From an uncultured Acidobacteriota bacterium (lineage in GTDB: Bacteria; Acidobacteriota; UBA6911): a DNA stretch of 64,000 nt. Shown here in pieces: positions 61,505 through 64,000 of this stretch. The translations under genes were made by a program, and so were the position numbers. How positions within the stretch are numbered: position 1 is the stretch's first letter; the number at the start of each line of letters is the position of its first letter. The notes beneath the pieces are model-generated. The model searched no databases and was not told the origin of the DNA. It saw nothing but the letters and a program-made list of their open reading frames with translations. Location of the stretch: positions 704,001 to 768,000 of the forward strand of contig CAWJKZ010000014.1 in the NCBI GenBank assembly GCA_963843575.1. The letters run 5' to 3'.

Positions 61505-62860
61505 TCAATGCCCCGCCCGGTGCCGTGCACCCTGTTGCTCTTTCAGACGCTGCCGGAGCCTGATCGGTGTGGCGTAGAAACCGAATTTCTCCCGCAATTG
61601 ATTCAGGATAAACCTTTCCGTCGAAAAATGGAGGGGTTTGCGCGACGGAGTGAAGGCCACGAACGTGGGTGGTTCACCGTGGACCTGGGTGATGTAGCGG
61701 ATGTCGAGCCCCTGGTTCGGATGATCGGTTTGCCACGTGCGCTGCAGGTCCGGAACGAACATGTTGTTCAGAACCCCTGTGGGCACCCTGACGCGCCGTC
61801 CCTCGTACGCCCTCAGGATCATATCGAAGAGACGAGAAACACGCTGTCCTGTTAGAGCGGAAACGGTGACGATCGGGGCGTACGCCAGGTATTTCATGCG
61901 CCGGCGGACGGTTTCGGCGAATTCCTCGACGGTGTGGGTACCCTTCTCGGCAACCTTGTCCCATTTGTTCACGACGATGATGACCGAACAACCCGACTGT
62001 TCGGCATAGCCGCCGATCCCGGCATCCAGTTTTGTGACCCCTTCTTCGGCGTCGAGCAGCAGCAGGGCGACGTCGGCCGATTCGAGGCTCTTGCGCGCCA
62101 CGATCACGCTGACTATCTCGGTGCGCTCCTCGGTCCGCCCCTTGCGCCGGATTCCTGCGGTGTCGATGATGCGAAACCCCTTCTTGTCGCGCACCACGAG
62201 CGTGTCGACCGAATCGCGGGTGGTACCCGGGATCTCGCTTACGATGGCGCGTTCGGAACCGAGTAGCCGGTTGACGAGCGATGACTTGCCGACATTGGGC
62301 CTGCCGACGACGGCGACGGCGATTTCGGGCGTATCCTCGACGGGATCCCGACCGGTCGACGGGCCGGGATCCCCCGCGACTGAGACCACCCGGTCGAGCA
62401 CGTCGGCGACTCCGCGGTTGTGCTCCGCCGATACCGGGAACACTTCTTCCGCCCCGAATGCGTAGAAAGGGGCGGTGTCGTCCTCCAGCGACGAGGTATC
62501 GAGCTTGTTGACGATCACCCAGATAGGGCGGCCGGAACGCCTCAGTATCGGCAGGAGTTGTTCGTCGAGCGGGGTCACGCCGGCCCGCCCGTCCACGACC
62601 ATCAGGAGCAGGTCCGACTCGCGGATGGCGGCTTCGACCTGTTGGAGGATCTTCGTCGGGATGACCTCGTGGACTCCGGGCATAAGCCCGCCCGTGTCGA
62701 GCACTTCGAAGGTCCGGCCCAGCCATTCGGCGGTGGCATAAAGACGGTCCCGCGTAATCCCGGGCTCGTCGCCGACAATGGCCCTGCGGTTGCCGCAGAT
62801 CCGGTTGAAGAGCGTGGATTTACCGACATTGGGCCGGCCTACGATAGCGACTCGGAACAT
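61505..62860 (-). CDS. der: Ribosome biogenesis GTPase Der
   Basis: Two GRPNVGKS P-loops, DTGG/DTAG, NKLD/NKWD. Confidence 0.97.
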   Translation of the reverse strand: MFRVAIVGRPNVGKSTLFNRICGNRRAIVGDEPGITRDRLYATAEWLGRTFEVLDTGGLMPGVHEVIPTKILQQVEAAIRESDLLLMVVDGRAGVTPLDEQLLPILRRSGRPIWVIVNKLDTSSLEDDTAPFYAFGAEEVFPVSAEHNRGVADVLDRVVSVAGDPGPSTGRDPVEDTPEIAVAVVGRPNVGKSSLVNRLLGSERAIVSEIPGTTRDSVDTLVVRDKKGFRIIDTAGIRRKGRTEERTEIVSVIVARKSLESADVALLLLDAEEGVTKLDAGIGGYAEQSGCSVIIVVNKWDKVAEKGTHTVEEFAETVRRRMKYLAYAPIVTVSALTGQRVSRLFDMILRAYEGRRVRVPTGVLNNMFVPDLQRTWQTDHPNQGLDIRYITQVHGEPPTFVAFTPSRKPLHFSTERFILNQLREKFGFYATPIRLRQRLKEQQGARHRAGH

Positions 62861-63030
62861 GGGCAGCGGGGATCCGCGGTAAGACTCGAACTGCGAGCCG
62901 GACAGAGAAACAGGGAACGGAATCGGGGGGCGAAGGCCCTCGTGCGCGAAGAAGCCCGGGGCCCGGTCGGCGGCGCCATGCTCGGCTGCCGCTCATCCAG
63001 ATTGCTTCGCCGCATCCGGGCACAGGATAG

Positions 63031-63990
63031 CTAACCTGTCCCGGAATGTCGACCCCCTATCAACCCGGCGCGCGGCAGGGCGACGGGGAACGCAGCGGCC
63101 GCGACACCGAACTCGAGCGGCAGCGTGCCGATCAGCTCGCCGTCGGCGTGCGCCCACGGTCCGCGAGGCCCCTGGACGGTCACTTTGCGGGCGCGACGGC
63201 GTTCGATCCCGGGGGCCTCCAGCTGAGAACCGCGCCATGCCGAGTAGAGCAGCTGCGCGTACCTGGCTCGGCTCCTTCCCTGCACCGCCAGCACGTCGAG
63301 CAAGCCGTCGGTCAGGTCGGCCTCCGGGGTGAGCAACAGCCCGCCGCCGTAGCCGCGCGCGTTGGCGACGATGCACGAGGTCGCCTTCAGCGTCTCCTCC
63401 CCGACGACCACCTCGAACTCCGGGAACGAGTATCCCGCGAGGGACTGCAGAACCGATACGAAAAAAGCGAACTTCCCAGTGCGCCGCTTCAGGCGTGGGC
63501 GCACCTTCGAGACCACGTAGGCGTCGAAACCAATCCCCGCCATGAGGAGGAAACGGTGTTCGGTGCGCCCGGCGACCGTCCCGAGATCGATGCGCCGGAC
63601 GACCCCCTGGAGAACATCGCCGAGGGCGCGGACGGGTTCGAGCGGGATGCCGAGTTCCCGCGCCAGGACGTTGGCCGTGCCCCCGGGGAGGAGCGCGACC
63701 GGGAACGGGGGATCCGGCACGCGGGCCGCCACCTCGTTCATCGTTCCGTCGCCGCCGCACACGGCCAGCAGGTCCGGCGGGCACTCCAGCAGCTCGCGCG
63801 CCAGTTCACCGGCGTGGCCCGCGCAACGCGTCGGGAGCAGTTCGAATTGCCAATCGCGGTGCGGCCAGGTTTTCAAGTAGCGACCGAGCTTCCGGTAGGG
63901 CCTGCCGCCGCCGGCCGCGGGGTTCGCGATGATCACGATCCTCTTCGGCCGGGGCACGGAACCCGCCGCCATAACTGGTTTCTGCCACAT
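63031..63990 (-). CDS. Diacylglycerol kinase family lipid kinase
   Basis: NPAAGGG, GGDGT, LPGGTANVLA, GIGFDA, DGE. Confidence 0.9.
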   Translation of the reverse strand: MWQKPVMAAGSVPRPKRIVIIANPAAGGGRPYRKLGRYLKTWPHRDWQFELLPTRCAGHAGELARELLECPPDLLAVCGGDGTMNEVAARVPDPPFPVALLPGGTANVLARELGIPLEPVRALGDVLQGVVRRIDLGTVAGRTEHRFLLMAGIGFDAYVVSKVRPRLKRRTGKFAFFVSVLQSLAGYSFPEFEVVVGEETLKATSCIVANARGYGGGLLLTPEADLTDGLLDVLAVQGRSRARYAQLLYSAWRGSQLEAPGIERRRARKVTVQGPRGPWAHADGELIGTLPLEFGVAAAAFPVALPRAGLIGGRHSGTG

Positions 63991-64000
63991 GCCAGACCTT

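Overview
High-GC bacterial chromosome segment, probably Acidobacteriota (inferred from gene order and an ADOP-permease remnant). Many single-base frameshifts in housekeeping genes suggest long-read indel errors. The left ~35 kb is mostly core genes: pilQ end, accBC, thiE, ribD, corC-ybeY-PgpH-like HD protein, etfBA, the yceD-rpmF-plsX-fabD-acpP-fabF operon, recQ, cpaE, pilX, rpiB, apt. It also carries two full copies of a ~240-bp MITE, each abutting a TAA stop codon. From ~35 kb to tRNA-Pro(CGG) at 59.8 kb lies an accessory, decaying island: carbohydrate-related genes, an IS91 remnant, a Ser/Thr kinase-FGE fusion, an IS-disrupted transglutaminase-like pseudogene and an integrase remnant. The main candidate discovery is an apparently intact, translationally coupled three-gene operon at 52450-57063. 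It encodes a UG/Abi (DRT-like) reverse transcriptase with an atypical WGDD motif, duplicated Tyr-containing repeats and an extra C-terminal domain, then a Zn-ribbon protein, then a cytoplasmic S8 subtilase with a Cys-rich tail. This may be an undescribed RT-protease defence system. The right end holds surE, tRNA-Pro(GGG), merR, ihf, der and a lipid kinase. All family assignments are from motif recognition, not database searches.
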